The position numbers and the translations under genes were made by a program. Shown here piece after piece: positions 27,358 to 38,024 of a DNA stretch of 64,000 nt. Each line of letters begins with the position of its first letter. Positions within the stretch are counted from its first letter, which is position 1. The stretch comes from Candidatus Gottesmanbacteria bacterium (lineage in GTDB: Bacteria > Patescibacteriota > Microgenomatia > JAMCYU01), in the NCBI GenBank assembly GCA_043801155.1, contig JAZDMI010000021.1, forward strand, positions 130,683 to 194,682. The letters are read 5' to 3'. The notes beneath the pieces are model-generated. The model was not told the origin of the DNA. It saw only the letters and a program-made list of their open reading frames with translations, and made no database searches.

Positions 27358-30036
27358 ATGATTCCTTTTTTATCGAAATTTTTAGATTTTAACGAGAGAA
27401 CAATTAATAAACTAACTCCATTAATTGATGAGATTAATTCCTTTGGAGATAAAACTCACCGATTGACGAATGAGGAAATAAAAGCATTGTCTTACCAGTT
27501 AAGGGAAAAATTGTCACACGGGCAAACAATTGATGAAATTTTACCCCAAGCATATGCTTTAGTACGTGAGGTAGCATATCGGACTATTGGAGAAAAGCAT
27601 TTTGATGTTCAACTTATTGCCGCTATTGTTTTACACCAGGGAAATGTGGCTGAACAAAAGACAGGTGAAGGAAAGACTCTATCTGCTGTTCCGGCTCTTT
27701 ATTTAAATTCGCTAACAGGTCGGGGAGTACATTTAGTAACGGTTAATGATTATTTGGCCCGTCGTGATTGCGGCTGGATGGGTCCGATTTACGATTCATT
27801 AGGAGTGACTTGTAGTGCGATTATCGCTGAACAATCATTTATATATGATCCAAACTTCGAAGATAAAACTGCTCAAGATTGGCGTTTAATCCATTTACGG
27901 CCGATTTCGAGAAAAGAAGCTTATCAAACTGATATTACTTACGGTATTAATTCTGAATTTGGTTTTGATTATCTTCGCGATAATATGGTAACGGATATAA
28001 GTCAGATAGTCCAACGGGATTATCACTATGCCATTGTTGATGAAGTTGATTCGGTTTTAATTGACGAAGCAAGGACGCCACATATTATTTCGGCTCCTCA
28101 AGAAGAAGCGACTTCAAAATACTATGACTATGCCAAATTAATTGAAAGATTAACCCCGACCATGGATTTTACTATTGATGAAAAAATGCGGACCGCTTCT
28201 TTAACCGAACATGGAATTACTAAAGTTGAAAAAATGCTTGGAATATCCAATTTATATGAAAAAGATTTTGCCACCGTTCATCATATTGAAGCGGCTCTTA
28301 AAGCGAAGACCTTATTTCATCGTGATAAAGATTATGTAGCTCGTGATAATCAAATAATTATTGTCGATGAATTTACCGGAAGATTACTTGTCGGCCGGCG
28401 TTATTCAGAAGGGTTACATCAAGCTATCGAAGCCAAAGAAGGAGTTACCATTCAACAAGAATCAAGAACATTAGCGACTGTTTCTTTACAGAATTATTTT
28501 AGGTTATATCAAAAACTGGCCGGAATGACAGGAACGGCGGCAACGGAAGCGGAGGAGTTTCATAAAATTTATAATTTGGAAGTTATTACCATTCCGACAA
28601 ATAAACCGATGATCCGAAAAGATCACCCCGATATGGTTTACAAAACCATGAGAGCTAAATATGCAGCCGTAGCCAGAGACATTGAGGTTTGTTATAAAAA
28701 TGGCCAACCGGTTTTAGTTGGCACTACTTCAATCGGGAATAACGAAATTGTTTCTGATCTATTAACCCATAAAGGTATACCGCACCAAGTTTTAAATGCT
28801 AAACAACATGAAAAAGAAGCGATGATTATTGCTCAGGCAGGAAAAAAAGGATCTATAACGGTCGCGACAAATATGGCCGGACGAGGTGTAGATATTGTTC
28901 TTGGGGGAACACCACCAAATAAGTATGAAGTAGAAAATAGTAAGCAGTCAGCCGAGTATGAGAAACTTTCTAATGAATGGAAGCAAAATCATGCTGAAGT
29001 AGTAGGCTTAGGTGGATTACATGTTATTGGTACCGAAAGACACGAATCACGAAGAATTGATAACCAATTACGGGGAAGGTCTGGTCGTCAGGGAGATCAG
29101 GGTTCATCAAGATTTTTTGTTTCCTTGGAAGACGAGATTATGCGACTTTTTGGTGGTGAACAAATATCAAGATTAATGACGACTTTTAAAATGCCCGAAG
29201 ACGTACCGTTGGAACACCCAATGGTTTCTCGGGCGATTGAGCAAGCACAGGTTAAAGTTGAAGGATTTAATTTTGATGCCAGAAAGCATCTGGTTGACTA
29301 CGATGATGTATTAAATAAACAGCGGGAAATTGTTTATAAGCTGCGCCGAAAAATCTTGGGTGGTGAAAATCTGAAGGATGAAATTCTTGGTAAAATAAAT
29401 AATCAAATCACAAATTTTGTCGCGATTTCAACACCGGAAGGTTTTTCTGAAAAAGAGAAACAAAATATTATTCAGGAATTTGTTGGTATCATTCCTTTTG
29501 ATGAAAATTCTCAAAAACAACTATTTACGCAAATTATTCAATTAAAAACTAATGAGGAAATCACAAATTTATTAATTCAGGTAGCAAATAATTTATATGA
29601 TCAGCGAGAAAAACAAGTTGGCCCAGAAGTTGCCCGGCAAATAGAACGATGGGTAGCCTTATCTGTTATTGATAATTTATGGATGGATCACTTAGATGCC
29701 ATTGATGATTTGCGTGAGGGCATTGGACTTCGCGGGTATGGACAAAGAGATCCGTTAATTGAATATAAAAATGAAGCTTATGCGATGTTTGAACAATTAT
29801 TAACCAGTATTGACTTTGAGATAGTCCACCGTATCTATAAGGTTCAGGTAGCCCAAGCACCCGTCCAACCAGTGCCGCCACAGCGAATAATTACCAAGCC
29901 GGCTGGAAGTCAAACACAGGTTTCTTCTAATACCCCTAAAACTATTGATCATAATAAAAAGCTTGGCAGAAATGATCCTTGTTGGTGTGGGAGTGGCAAG
30001 AAGTGGAAGAAGTGCCACTATCCACAGTTAGGTTGA
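27358..30036 (+). CDS. secA: Preprotein translocase ATPase SecA
   Basis: KTGEGKT, DEVD, TNMAGRG, SRRIDNQLRGRSGRQG, SEC-C motif GRNDPCWCGSGKKWKKCH. Confidence 0.98.
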   Translation: MIPFLSKFLDFNERTINKLTPLIDEINSFGDKTHRLTNEEIKALSYQLREKLSHGQTIDEILPQAYALVREVAYRTIGEKHFDVQLIAAIVLHQGNVAEQKTGEGKTLSAVPALYLNSLTGRGVHLVTVNDYLARRDCGWMGPIYDSLGVTCSAIIAEQSFIYDPNFEDKTAQDWRLIHLRPISRKEAYQTDITYGINSEFGFDYLRDNMVTDISQIVQRDYHYAIVDEVDSVLIDEARTPHIISAPQEEATSKYYDYAKLIERLTPTMDFTIDEKMRTASLTEHGITKVEKMLGISNLYEKDFATVHHIEAALKAKTLFHRDKDYVARDNQIIIVDEFTGRLLVGRRYSEGLHQAIEAKEGVTIQQESRTLATVSLQNYFRLYQKLAGMTGTAATEAEEFHKIYNLEVITIPTNKPMIRKDHPDMVYKTMRAKYAAVARDIEVCYKNGQPVLVGTTSIGNNEIVSDLLTHKGIPHQVLNAKQHEKEAMIIAQAGKKGSITVATNMAGRGVDIVLGGTPPNKYEVENSKQSAEYEKLSNEWKQNHAEVVGLGGLHVIGTERHESRRIDNQLRGRSGRQGDQGSSRFFVSLEDEIMRLFGGEQISRLMTTFKMPEDVPLEHPMVSRAIEQAQVKVEGFNFDARKHLVDYDDVLNKQREIVYKLRRKILGGENLKDEILGKINNQITNFVAISTPEGFSEKEKQNIIQEFVGIIPFDENSQKQLFTQIIQLKTNEEITNLLIQVANNLYDQREKQVGPEVARQIERWVALSVIDNLWMDHLDAIDDLREGIGLRGYGQRDPLIEYKNEAYAMFEQLLTSIDFEIVHRIYKVQVAQAPVQPVPPQRIITKPAGSQTQVSSNTPKTIDHNKKLGRNDPCWCGSGKKWKKCHYPQLG

Positions 30037-30088
30037 CTTATCCAAGTTAGGAAACTTAAAAAATGGGGAAATTGAATCGCGCCGAATA

Positions 30089-31702
30089 ATGAAAAATAGA
30101 ACTATTTATCTTCTGTTTTTAATAATTATTTTGGCTTCCTTCTTAAGACTTTATAAACTTGGAGAAATCCCCGCAGGGCTAAGCACTGACGAAGCAACTT
30201 ATTTGTACAACTCCTACTCAATTTTCAAAACAGGAAAGGATGTTAATGGAAAATACTTACCCTTGTCTATCAATGCTGGTTTTCCGTTATCACCGGTACC
30301 CGTTTATATAACAGCCCCATTCGTAGGCATTCTTGGGCTTAATAGTTTAGCCGGACGATTGCCGTTCGTAATATTAGGAATTGCATCAGTATTTTTATTG
30401 TATTCGATTTCCAAAATACTATTTAATAATCGGATTGCCTTGATAAGCTCATTTGCCCTAGCTGTTTCTCCCTGGCACATTTATTTTTCGAGAACCGCAT
30501 ATGATTCAATAATCGCCCTATTTTTCTTTCTTCTGGCTACTTACGTGTTCTTACGCAATCTCAAGAACGGCAAATATTATTTATCGGCGATCTTCTTTTT
30601 TTTGGCATTTCATTCATTCCATGCCACAAAAATATTCTTTCTTTTTTATATTATTCTTCTGTTTCTAATATTTAAAAAGGAGATACTATTTTATAAAAAA
30701 GCTTTTTTCATGTTTGTTGCCTCGATTTTCTTAATTTTTTTATCTTTTCTGGTCATTACCTATTTTGATAAAGATGCCGGGGATCGCGAAAGAGTATTTT
30801 TATGGAATGATTTACAAGATGCTGTTACAACCATAAATTGGGAGAGGGATAAAAATACAGCTCCATTCTTTATCAGAAATATTTTAAGTAATAAACCGCT
30901 ATATTTCCTGCGAACTATCAAGGAAAACTATTTCGAAGCATTTTCGACTAATTTTTTGTTTTTATATGGTGAGCCTAGTTTTCTCAAATCCTTTTACGCG
31001 ATGAAATTCAGGGGGCAATTATATGCAATAGAAATGTTATTTATCTTATTAGGGTTTGCCTATTTTCTTAGCGAAAAAAATAAAAGAATCGGTTATTTCA
31101 TAATTTTTTCTTTATTGATTTCACCTCTGCCATCTGCTTTTACAACCAGCCGAACGTACGCAGTACGGGCGATTATGATGCTTCCTTTCTTGATGATATT
31201 TATCGCCTGTGGCATTAGCTATTTGTTTTCTTTAGTTAAAAATAAAAATTTAGTCTTCTTATTTTTATTTTGTTCATATCTATTTTCAATAACACTTTTT
31301 TCTTACGAATATTTCTTCCAATTTCCCGTATATGGTGCGGAAGGCTGGTTAAAGAGTGCCAATGACATGACGAAATTTATTACGCAAAATGAACAAAAGT
31401 ATAAAAATATCTATATTGCTGATATAAACGAAATGGAAATTTTTCATTATGCAATTTATACTCAGGCTGACTTTTCGGTGATTCAAAAAGCCTGGTTAAG
31501 CACCTACCCAAAAAGGCTAGGAAAAATAACTCTTTATAAACAATGTTTTAATAAAGGTTTGGGAAATCCGCTAGACTATTTACCCAAAAGTACTTTATAT
31601 TTTGTGAAAAAGGAATGTTTCATAGATTCGCCAGAAACATATTCAATCAATAATTTCGGTGATCCGATACAGATTGTCTGGAAAATATATGTTAAAAAGT
31701 AA
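30089..31702 (+). CDS. GT-C / ArnT-PMT-like (GT39/GT83) membrane glycosyltransferase
   Basis: FLRLYKL...DEA, GRLP, SPWHIYFSR; many TM segments. Confidence 0.8.
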   Translation: MKNRTIYLLFLIIILASFLRLYKLGEIPAGLSTDEATYLYNSYSIFKTGKDVNGKYLPLSINAGFPLSPVPVYITAPFVGILGLNSLAGRLPFVILGIASVFLLYSISKILFNNRIALISSFALAVSPWHIYFSRTAYDSIIALFFFLLATYVFLRNLKNGKYYLSAIFFFLAFHSFHATKIFFLFYIILLFLIFKKEILFYKKAFFMFVASIFLIFLSFLVITYFDKDAGDRERVFLWNDLQDAVTTINWERDKNTAPFFIRNILSNKPLYFLRTIKENYFEAFSTNFLFLYGEPSFLKSFYAMKFRGQLYAIEMLFILLGFAYFLSEKNKRIGYFIIFSLLISPLPSAFTTSRTYAVRAIMMLPFLMIFIACGISYLFSLVKNKNLVFLFLFCSYLFSITLFSYEYFFQFPVYGAEGWLKSANDMTKFITQNEQKYKNIYIADINEMEIFHYAIYTQADFSVIQKAWLSTYPKRLGKITLYKQCFNKGLGNPLDYLPKSTLYFVKKECFIDSPETYSINNFGDPIQIVWKIYVKK

Positions 31703-31743
31703 TCACGGTGAAGAATTTTAACTAATAGTAGTAGAATAGTTAT

Positions 31744-32559
31744 ATGATTAATCAACAAGATACTACCGAAATAGATTCTAGAGTAGCCGAAGCTTCCAAA
31801 AAGGTCTATATGGCACCTCTAAAACAACTGACAGAATCTGACTTTTTCCGGCATGATACCGGTATCTTTAGACAAGAAATAACAGGCAAAGATAATTTTA
31901 CATGCATAGTTATTGGACTGGGAAACTTACAGGAACCGTTAAGGTACACAGCGCAGTGGTATGCACAAAAAGGTAACCTAGATGGATTCAGGTTGATTTT
32001 ATTGGACGTGATTGAAGAATCATATTTCAAAGATTTGGTGAAAAAAACAAAAACATATAAACCGACAAAGGGAGAAGTTGCCTCTGAAGAATTTACCGAT
32101 TTAAAAAAGGCTTTTGAATTAGATCCAAAATCAGGCGAATATGTTGCTAAAAAAGAAATTAAAGATTTTTTAAGCAAAGCAGTTGAGACAGGTAGGTACC
32201 AAGTAAATATAGCTAATTCAGGTGGTATGGATGAAATCGGCGGTGTTGATTATTTATCATGTCAAAATGTCTTTGGCTATGTATCTCCACTATTATTAGA
32301 TCTTAGTATGATGAGAGTTATGAATTTAGTTAAAGTCGGTGGAGTTGCAGCGCTCAGAACAGATTCAGGAGATACACAGGTAGGAGAAGCCCTTGAAAGG
32401 CAGCATGTACCGGTAAAAATTATCGACAGAAATAAAATGATATTCAGAAAAGTAACACCAGAAAATGGGCAAGACTTAGGATTTTTAAAAGAGAAGAAAT
32501 TACGCGATAATAAGATTGCTGATAACAAAAGAGAGTCAGGAAATGTATTTGGTATATAA
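31744..32559 (+). CDS. Hypothetical protein with weak CheR-like methyltransferase features
   Basis: SDFFRH, GLGNLQEP, DYLSCQNVFGY, VKVGG echo CheR motifs. Confidence 0.5.
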   Translation: MINQQDTTEIDSRVAEASKKVYMAPLKQLTESDFFRHDTGIFRQEITGKDNFTCIVIGLGNLQEPLRYTAQWYAQKGNLDGFRLILLDVIEESYFKDLVKKTKTYKPTKGEVASEEFTDLKKAFELDPKSGEYVAKKEIKDFLSKAVETGRYQVNIANSGGMDEIGGVDYLSCQNVFGYVSPLLLDLSMMRVMNLVKVGGVAALRTDSGDTQVGEALERQHVPVKIIDRNKMIFRKVTPENGQDLGFLKEKKLRDNKIADNKRESGNVFGI

Positions 32560-32641
32560 AAATAACTTAATCTATTAATTTAATTCTTTATTTGCGTTAA
32601 TACTTATCTTGTAGTATTCTATATATTATAAAGTAAATATT

Positions 32642-33403
32642 ATGGAAATATTATTTTTACCAGTAATAATTTTTTTACTAATATTGCCAGCGATTAAGCA
32701 GATCAATCAGTATGAAAGAGGAATACTGTTTACTTTTGGAAAATATTCCGGGGTAATGGAACCCGGTTGGCGATTAGTTTTACCAATATTCCAGTCATAC
32801 CAAAAAGTTGACGTTAGAACCAAAGCAGTTGATGTTCCCGATCAGGAAGCCATTACTAAGGACAATGTCTCGACAAAAATATCAGCGGTTATTTACTACA
32901 AAGTTTCAGATGCCGTTAAAGCAATTTTGGAAGTAGAGGATTTTTTCTTCGCTGTTCATCAATTAGCACAAACAACAATGAGAAATGTTGTTGGAGAGGT
33001 TGAACTTAATGAACTTCTGGCTAATAGGGACAAAATTGCTGATAGAATTAAAGAAATTGTAGGTGTCACCAGTACTAGCTGGGGTCTTGAGGTAATGTCA
33101 GTTGAGCTTAAAGATATTATTTTGCCTGAAGATATGAAAAGAACAATGGCCAAACAAGCCGAAGCCGAAAGAGAAAAGAAAGCCACTATTATTAATTCCG
33201 AAGGTGAAGTTATTGCCGCCGAGAATTTAGCCAAGGCTGCCAATACAATGGCCAGTTCTCCGGGGGCGCTTCATCTTAGAACTCTTAATTCAATTAATGA
33301 TATATCTTCAGATCAATCCAATACGGTTGTTTTTGTTACTCCGATTGAGGTTCTTCGTGCCGTAGAAGGACTAGGTAAGCTCCTTGAAAGTAAAAATAAG
33401 TAA
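32642..33403 (+). CDS. SPFH/band 7 (stomatin/slipin) protein
   Basis: QYERG, ITKDNV, AQTTMR, QAEAEREKKA. Confidence 0.92.
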   Translation: MEILFLPVIIFLLILPAIKQINQYERGILFTFGKYSGVMEPGWRLVLPIFQSYQKVDVRTKAVDVPDQEAITKDNVSTKISAVIYYKVSDAVKAILEVEDFFFAVHQLAQTTMRNVVGEVELNELLANRDKIADRIKEIVGVTSTSWGLEVMSVELKDIILPEDMKRTMAKQAEAEREKKATIINSEGEVIAAENLAKAANTMASSPGALHLRTLNSINDISSDQSNTVVFVTPIEVLRAVEGLGKLLESKNK

Positions 33404-33475
33404 TTATTTTTCTCCGCAGACTAGAATCGATTTATCTCATGGAATGTACCTAGGGTAATTGTGTATAATAATAGT

Positions 33476-33811
33476 ATGAAGATTATTGCTAATTGGATTG
33501 TTAGCGCTTTAGCGATTTTGATCACTGCGTATCTTTTACCAGGAATCCATATTGCTGGATTTTTATCAGCCTTAGTAGTGGCATTAGTTTTAGGAATTAT
33601 CAATGCGGTCCTTAAACCGATATTGATTATCCTGACCTTACCGATTACCATTCTTACCTTAGGTTTATTTACATTAGTTATCAATGCCTTATTAGTGTTA
33701 TTAGCAAGTAATATTGTTAATGGATTTACGGTCGACAATTTTTGGTGGGCATTTTTATTTAGTTTAATTTTGTCAGTCGTGAATTCAATTCTTCATCGCT
33801 TGGTTCATTGA
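33476..33811 (+). CDS. YvlD-like (phage holin superfamily IV) membrane protein
   Basis: LGIINAVLKPILIILTLPITILTLGLFTLVINA. Confidence 0.88.
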   Translation: MKIIANWIVSALAILITAYLLPGIHIAGFLSALVVALVLGIINAVLKPILIILTLPITILTLGLFTLVINALLVLLASNIVNGFTVDNFWWAFLFSLILSVVNSILHRLVH

Positions 33812-33818
33812 CAATTAA

Positions 33819-34349
33819 ATGAAATCATTGACGCTGCCCATTAGTATTTCTTCTATAACAGTAAAATATCTAACACTGGTTTTAAGTTTCTTTTCTTTTA
33901 CGATTCCGTTTTTATTAGGTCATCCACAGATTATGGTCGGAACATTAGTCAATGCTGCCCTTTTTACCTCTGCCATACTTTTTCCGAAAAAATATTTCTG
34001 GCCGATAATTATTTTGCCCAGTTTGGCTGTTTTATCAAGAGGAATTATTTTTGGACCAATGACATTTTTTTTAGTGTATTTTTTACCGTTTATTTGGTTA
34101 GGAAATTTAGGTTTAATTTGGATATTTAAAAAAACATTTAAAGATATTGGTTTCTTCGGAGCGGTGATATTTTCTGCGCTTGGGAAACAAATTTTACTCT
34201 ACACTACTGCTACTGTATTCTTAAATTTTAAGCTAGTACCGAAAGTTTTCTTAATAACTATGGGAATTGATCAGTTCATTACGGCATTAGCAGGTGGATT
34301 TATTACTTACTTTATTTTTAGGAAATATTTCTATGGAACAAAGTTATGA
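33819..34349 (+). CDS. Multi-pass membrane protein resembling an ECF transporter S component
   Basis: PQIMVGTLVNAAL, PFIWLGN, QFITALAGG. Confidence 0.6.
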   Translation: MKSLTLPISISSITVKYLTLVLSFFSFTIPFLLGHPQIMVGTLVNAALFTSAILFPKKYFWPIIILPSLAVLSRGIIFGPMTFFLVYFLPFIWLGNLGLIWIFKKTFKDIGFFGAVIFSALGKQILLYTTATVFLNFKLVPKVFLITMGIDQFITALAGGFITYFIFRKYFYGTKL

Positions 34350-35115
34350 AGTCAAGGAATTGTTAGGTTTATTAAAAACAAAAGAACCGTTAGTGGCCAT
34401 GTTAGCTCCCTCTTTCCCGATTATGTTTGCCTATCCCCAAATTATCGGTAAACTTAAGCGGTTGGGTTTTAAATATGTAGTTGAGGTAGCCGTTGGTGCA
34501 CAAGAGACAAATCGACAGTTGTTAGAACTTCTGAAAAAAGAACCTCGGAGTCGTTATATAACTAGTCCATGTTCATCTATTATTCGATTAATACGAAGTA
34601 AATATCCAGAACTGGTTAAATTTATTGCCCCGGTAGATAGCCCGATAATTGCCACGGCTAAGTTAGTTAGTCAAAAATATCCTAAGTTTCGTCCAGTCTT
34701 TATTGGACCTTGTTTTGTGAAAAAACTCGAAGCCCGGGAGTATCCGAGATTAAATATTTTGGTGATCACTTTTTCAGAATTACTGCATGTTTTTGCAGCG
34801 ACAAAAATAGGTGATCGCGTAAATGATATTCGTGGAAAATTAGATTTGCAGGGGAAAAATACCCGTTTATATCCGATATCAGGAGGGCTGGCCGAATCAT
34901 CAGAATTTAATAGATTATTAACCGATGAAGAATATGATGTAATTTCTGGTCCTAAAAACGTCGAAAAAAGTTTACCAGAATTTCCCCAAAATCGTCTGCG
35001 AGTTCTGGATATTCTATATTGCCAAGGTGGTTGTATTAACGGAGTAGGTATCAATTCTACATTAAGTATTCAAGAACGCAGACAAAAAATTATTGACCAC
35101 TGGCAAATGGCTTAA
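34333..35115 (+). CDS. Stand-alone [FeFe]-hydrogenase large-subunit C-terminal-like domain protein
   Basis: AMLAPS, ITSPCSS, FIGPCFVKKLEA, CQGGCING; likely start at ATG 34333. Confidence 0.8.
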   Translation: MEQSYEVKELLGLLKTKEPLVAMLAPSFPIMFAYPQIIGKLKRLGFKYVVEVAVGAQETNRQLLELLKKEPRSRYITSPCSSIIRLIRSKYPELVKFIAPVDSPIIATAKLVSQKYPKFRPVFIGPCFVKKLEAREYPRLNILVITFSELLHVFAATKIGDRVNDIRGKLDLQGKNTRLYPISGGLAESSEFNRLLTDEEYDVISGPKNVEKSLPEFPQNRLRVLDILYCQGGCINGVGINSTLSIQERRQKIIDHWQMA

Positions 35116-35537
35116 GGCTTTACCCGGTAACTTTTAACGACACGACCTCCTGATTTTAAGTAACTAGTAATAACCAACCTCATATTAGTTATATTTATGT
35201 GATAACGGCAGGTACTTGATGAACATGTTCCAAAAAGCAATTCTCGTTGGGTTGAGTCAGTAACAGGTTTTATTGTTCCCATTACTCCCTGGGGTAACCC
35301 GTTAGTATTGTAACTTAAAGTGTAAGAAACAGAACTAGTCCTATATAACCCGCTGAAACTAATGATTAATGCTAATCGATCAGACCTTAATTTTGGAGAA
35401 ATGATTGGGCCTAATTTGCTTGAATATGAAACTCGGCCGACTAATGATTTTTTAGCATGCACACCTTGAGGAGATATGGTAAAACTACAACTAATAAGAA
35501 ATAGTACAAAAATAATTTTTCGCATTTTAATGATCAT
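35112..35537 (-). CDS. Hypothetical secreted protein
   Basis: Signal peptide; FGTCSSSTCRYH. Confidence 0.7.
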   Translation of the reverse strand: MIIKMRKIIFVLFLISCSFTISPQGVHAKKSLVGRVSYSSKLGPIISPKLRSDRLALIISFSGLYRTSSVSYTLSYNTNGLPQGVMGTIKPVTDSTQRELLFGTCSSSTCRYHINITNMRLVITSYLKSGGRVVKSYRVKP

Positions 35538-35563
35538 AGCATATAGTATGATATACTTTAAAT

Positions 35564-36187
35564 ATGCAAAATAAAAAGAAACTAATAATTGCTGTAATTG
35601 GTTTGGGGATATTATTAATTATTTCTTTCTCGTATATTTTTTTTAAAAAAATAAAAACAAACGATAAGGCTCTAACTTTATCAGTTAATCCTAGCGAAAC
35701 AAAAATAAGTCTAAAAACTTTTAATGATGAAACAGGTTTTCAATTTCAATATCCTGAAGATTTGCTAATCAATGATGTAAGTGGGGATGATCAGAATATT
35801 TATTCAGCTCTTGAGATTTCCTCTAGTGATAAGGACAATAAAATGATAATTAGGATTACCGATACTGATATTGCCTTAGTTGATGAATGGTTAAAAACTA
35901 AAGAAGGAAGTGGGGCAGGACCGAAGAGAGAAATTTCCATTGCTACAATGTCCGGCAAACAAATTCAATTTAAAAATCCTAATAGATTAGTTAGTTTAGT
36001 AATCAACGATGGTATTATGTATTTTTTTGAAAGTCCTTTAGATGAGGCTGGGTATTGGAATAAAATTCATAATATAATAACATCTAGTTTTAGTATTGTT
36101 GAAGTTGAAGAAAGTGTTGATAGCTCTACCGAATCGACAAGTAATGACGAAGGGATATTAACTGAAGAAGAAGAGGTAATTGAATAA
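35564..36187 (+). CDS. Hypothetical membrane-anchored protein (PsbP-like GFQFQYP motif)
   Basis: N-terminal TM and acidic tail. Confidence 0.7.
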   Translation: MQNKKKLIIAVIGLGILLIISFSYIFFKKIKTNDKALTLSVNPSETKISLKTFNDETGFQFQYPEDLLINDVSGDDQNIYSALEISSSDKDNKMIIRITDTDIALVDEWLKTKEGSGAGPKREISIATMSGKQIQFKNPNRLVSLVINDGIMYFFESPLDEAGYWNKIHNIITSSFSIVEVEESVDSSTESTSNDEGILTEEEEVIE

Positions 36188-36512
36188 ATGTTTACCTGTA
36201 TTTTTGAAGATAATCAGAAAACAAGCTTAAGGCATGTTGTTGTTCATGCGATAGTTGAAAGTAACGATAGTATCGCTTTTTAGAGTAAATAGTAATCCGA
36301 ATCGACCTAAAGAAGATAGGCAAAACGTAGCTCTGGAATTTATTATTAGACCATTAATACAAGTTAAAATCCCTGACAGTGAATCTAGCGAAGTTAAATG
36401 GTGGAAGACTTACGAATTAAATAAACTTGATTTTGCCTTTGATCATAAAGAAACAATTAGTATTTATTTAAAATATCGTATGAAAGCAATCAAACTACCA
36501 ATTTGTGTATAA
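36188..36512 (+). pseudogene. NUDIX hydrolase pseudogene with an internal deletion and frameshift
   Basis: One frame gives MFTCIFED..SLRHVVVHAIVE then a stop at 36281; another gives NPNRPKEDRQN..AFDH. No Nudix box in either. Confidence 0.65.
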
Positions 36513-36517
36513 ATATT

Positions 36518-37555
36518 ATGGATGATATTAAAAAAAGATATCAGGAACTAGTTAACAAACTTGATCTTGAGCAAAAGAAAACAAGAATTCATCGATTAGA
36601 GGCTGAAAGCGCTGATCCAACCTTTTGGCAAAATAACCAAGCGGCGATTAAAAAAATGCAGGAATTGGCAGATATGCAAAAACTGTTGGATCAATTGGAT
36701 AAATTAGGGAAAATGATAGCCATCAATCAACAACAAGAGGCCGAAACATTATTAAGCGAACTGGAATTTGCCACTTTTCTCTCCGGATTTTATGATGCAG
36801 ATGATGCTATCGTAACCATTCATGCCGGCCAGGGTGGAACAGAAGCCATGGATTGGGCAGAAATGCTTTTAAGAATGTATATTAGATATGTCGAAAATAA
36901 GGGTTGGCATTGGGAAGAAGTTGATCGTAGTCCCGGTGAAGAAGCCGGAGTCAAGAGTGTAACCATTACCATCTCGGGGTCATATGCATATGGATTCTTA
37001 AAAGGTGAGGCCGGAACTCATCGTTTGGTCCGTCAATCCCCATTTAATGCTGATAAGCTTCGGCAGACGTCATTTGCTCTGGTAGAAGTTTTACCGGTTA
37101 TTGAAGACAGTGGGGTAATCGAGATGCGTGAAGAGGATTTAGAATGGGATTTTTTTAGAGCCTCTAGCCATGGCGGGCAAAATGTTCAAAAAGTTTCCAC
37201 CGCCGTCAGAGTTAAACACAAGCCAACCGGTATTATTGTTACCTGCCAAACCGAAAGATATCAAATACAAAATCGGGAAAATGCTTTAAAAATTCTTCGC
37301 GCCAGATTATGGAGTTTACAACAATCGCAGGTTCAGGATAAACAAAAGGAATTAAAAGGAGAATTTAAACTAGCCAGTTGGGGAAATCAGATAAGATCTT
37401 ATGTATTACATCCTTATCATCTAGTTAAAGATTTACGGACAGGTTACGAAACATCTGATACTACCGGTGTTTTGGATGGCAAACTTGAAGAATTTGTGAT
37501 TGCCTACTTGAAAAATTCTGTAAAAAAGGATATCGTAGATATGGAGGAAAAATAA
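36518..37555 (+). CDS. prfB: Peptide chain release factor 2, uninterrupted ORF
   Basis: GGTEA, SPF, GGQ, WGNQIRSYV; likely start at ATG 36518. Confidence 0.96.
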   Translation: MDDIKKRYQELVNKLDLEQKKTRIHRLEAESADPTFWQNNQAAIKKMQELADMQKLLDQLDKLGKMIAINQQQEAETLLSELEFATFLSGFYDADDAIVTIHAGQGGTEAMDWAEMLLRMYIRYVENKGWHWEEVDRSPGEEAGVKSVTITISGSYAYGFLKGEAGTHRLVRQSPFNADKLRQTSFALVEVLPVIEDSGVIEMREEDLEWDFFRASSHGGQNVQKVSTAVRVKHKPTGIIVTCQTERYQIQNRENALKILRARLWSLQQSQVQDKQKELKGEFKLASWGNQIRSYVLHPYHLVKDLRTGYETSDTTGVLDGKLEEFVIAYLKNSVKKDIVDMEEK

Positions 37556-37556
37556 T

Positions 37557-38024
37557 ATGAATGAAACAGAAAAAACTCCGCAAGAAACAAACGAACAATT
37601 AGTACAACCTATTACTCCGGCAAAAAAAATTACGCTGCCAAAAAATTCTCTTATTATAATAATGATTTTTGTCGTGATAGCCGGGGGAATTACCGGATTT
37701 TTACTAGCACAGAAGCAAACAGGTCTTTCTTTGATTGGTGGTAAAGCAAAAGTAATTCAAACAGAAAAGATAGTCGGTTCAACGGATACCAAGGCTTTTC
37801 CGGATACCGCTGAAGGAACCTTAGAGAAAGGCGGAATCGATGGTGAGGGAACTCACAAGTTAATAATGAATCCAAAAGACCCGAGCCAAACTGCATACTT
37901 AACATCTTCTGTTGTTAATCTTGATGACTTTGTCGGTAAAAAAGTCCGTGTCCATGGGCAGACATTTTCGGCCCAAAAAGCAGGATGGTTATTGGATGTC
38001 GGCCAAGTGGAGATTATTCAATGA
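37557..38024 (+). CDS. Hypothetical membrane-anchored protein
   Basis: Single TM; GEGTHKL..LDDFVGKKV. Confidence 0.75.
   Translation: MNETEKTPQETNEQLVQPITPAKKITLPKNSLIIIMIFVVIAGGITGFLLAQKQTGLSLIGGKAKVIQTEKIVGSTDTKAFPDTAEGTLEKGGIDGEGTHKLIMNPKDPSQTAYLTSSVVNLDDFVGKKVRVHGQTFSAQKAGWLLDVGQVEIIQ

Noticed and set aside
33476-33811. Holin annotation as evidence of a prophage
   Set aside because: YvlD-like proteins are common chromosomal genes, and no phage genes are nearby.
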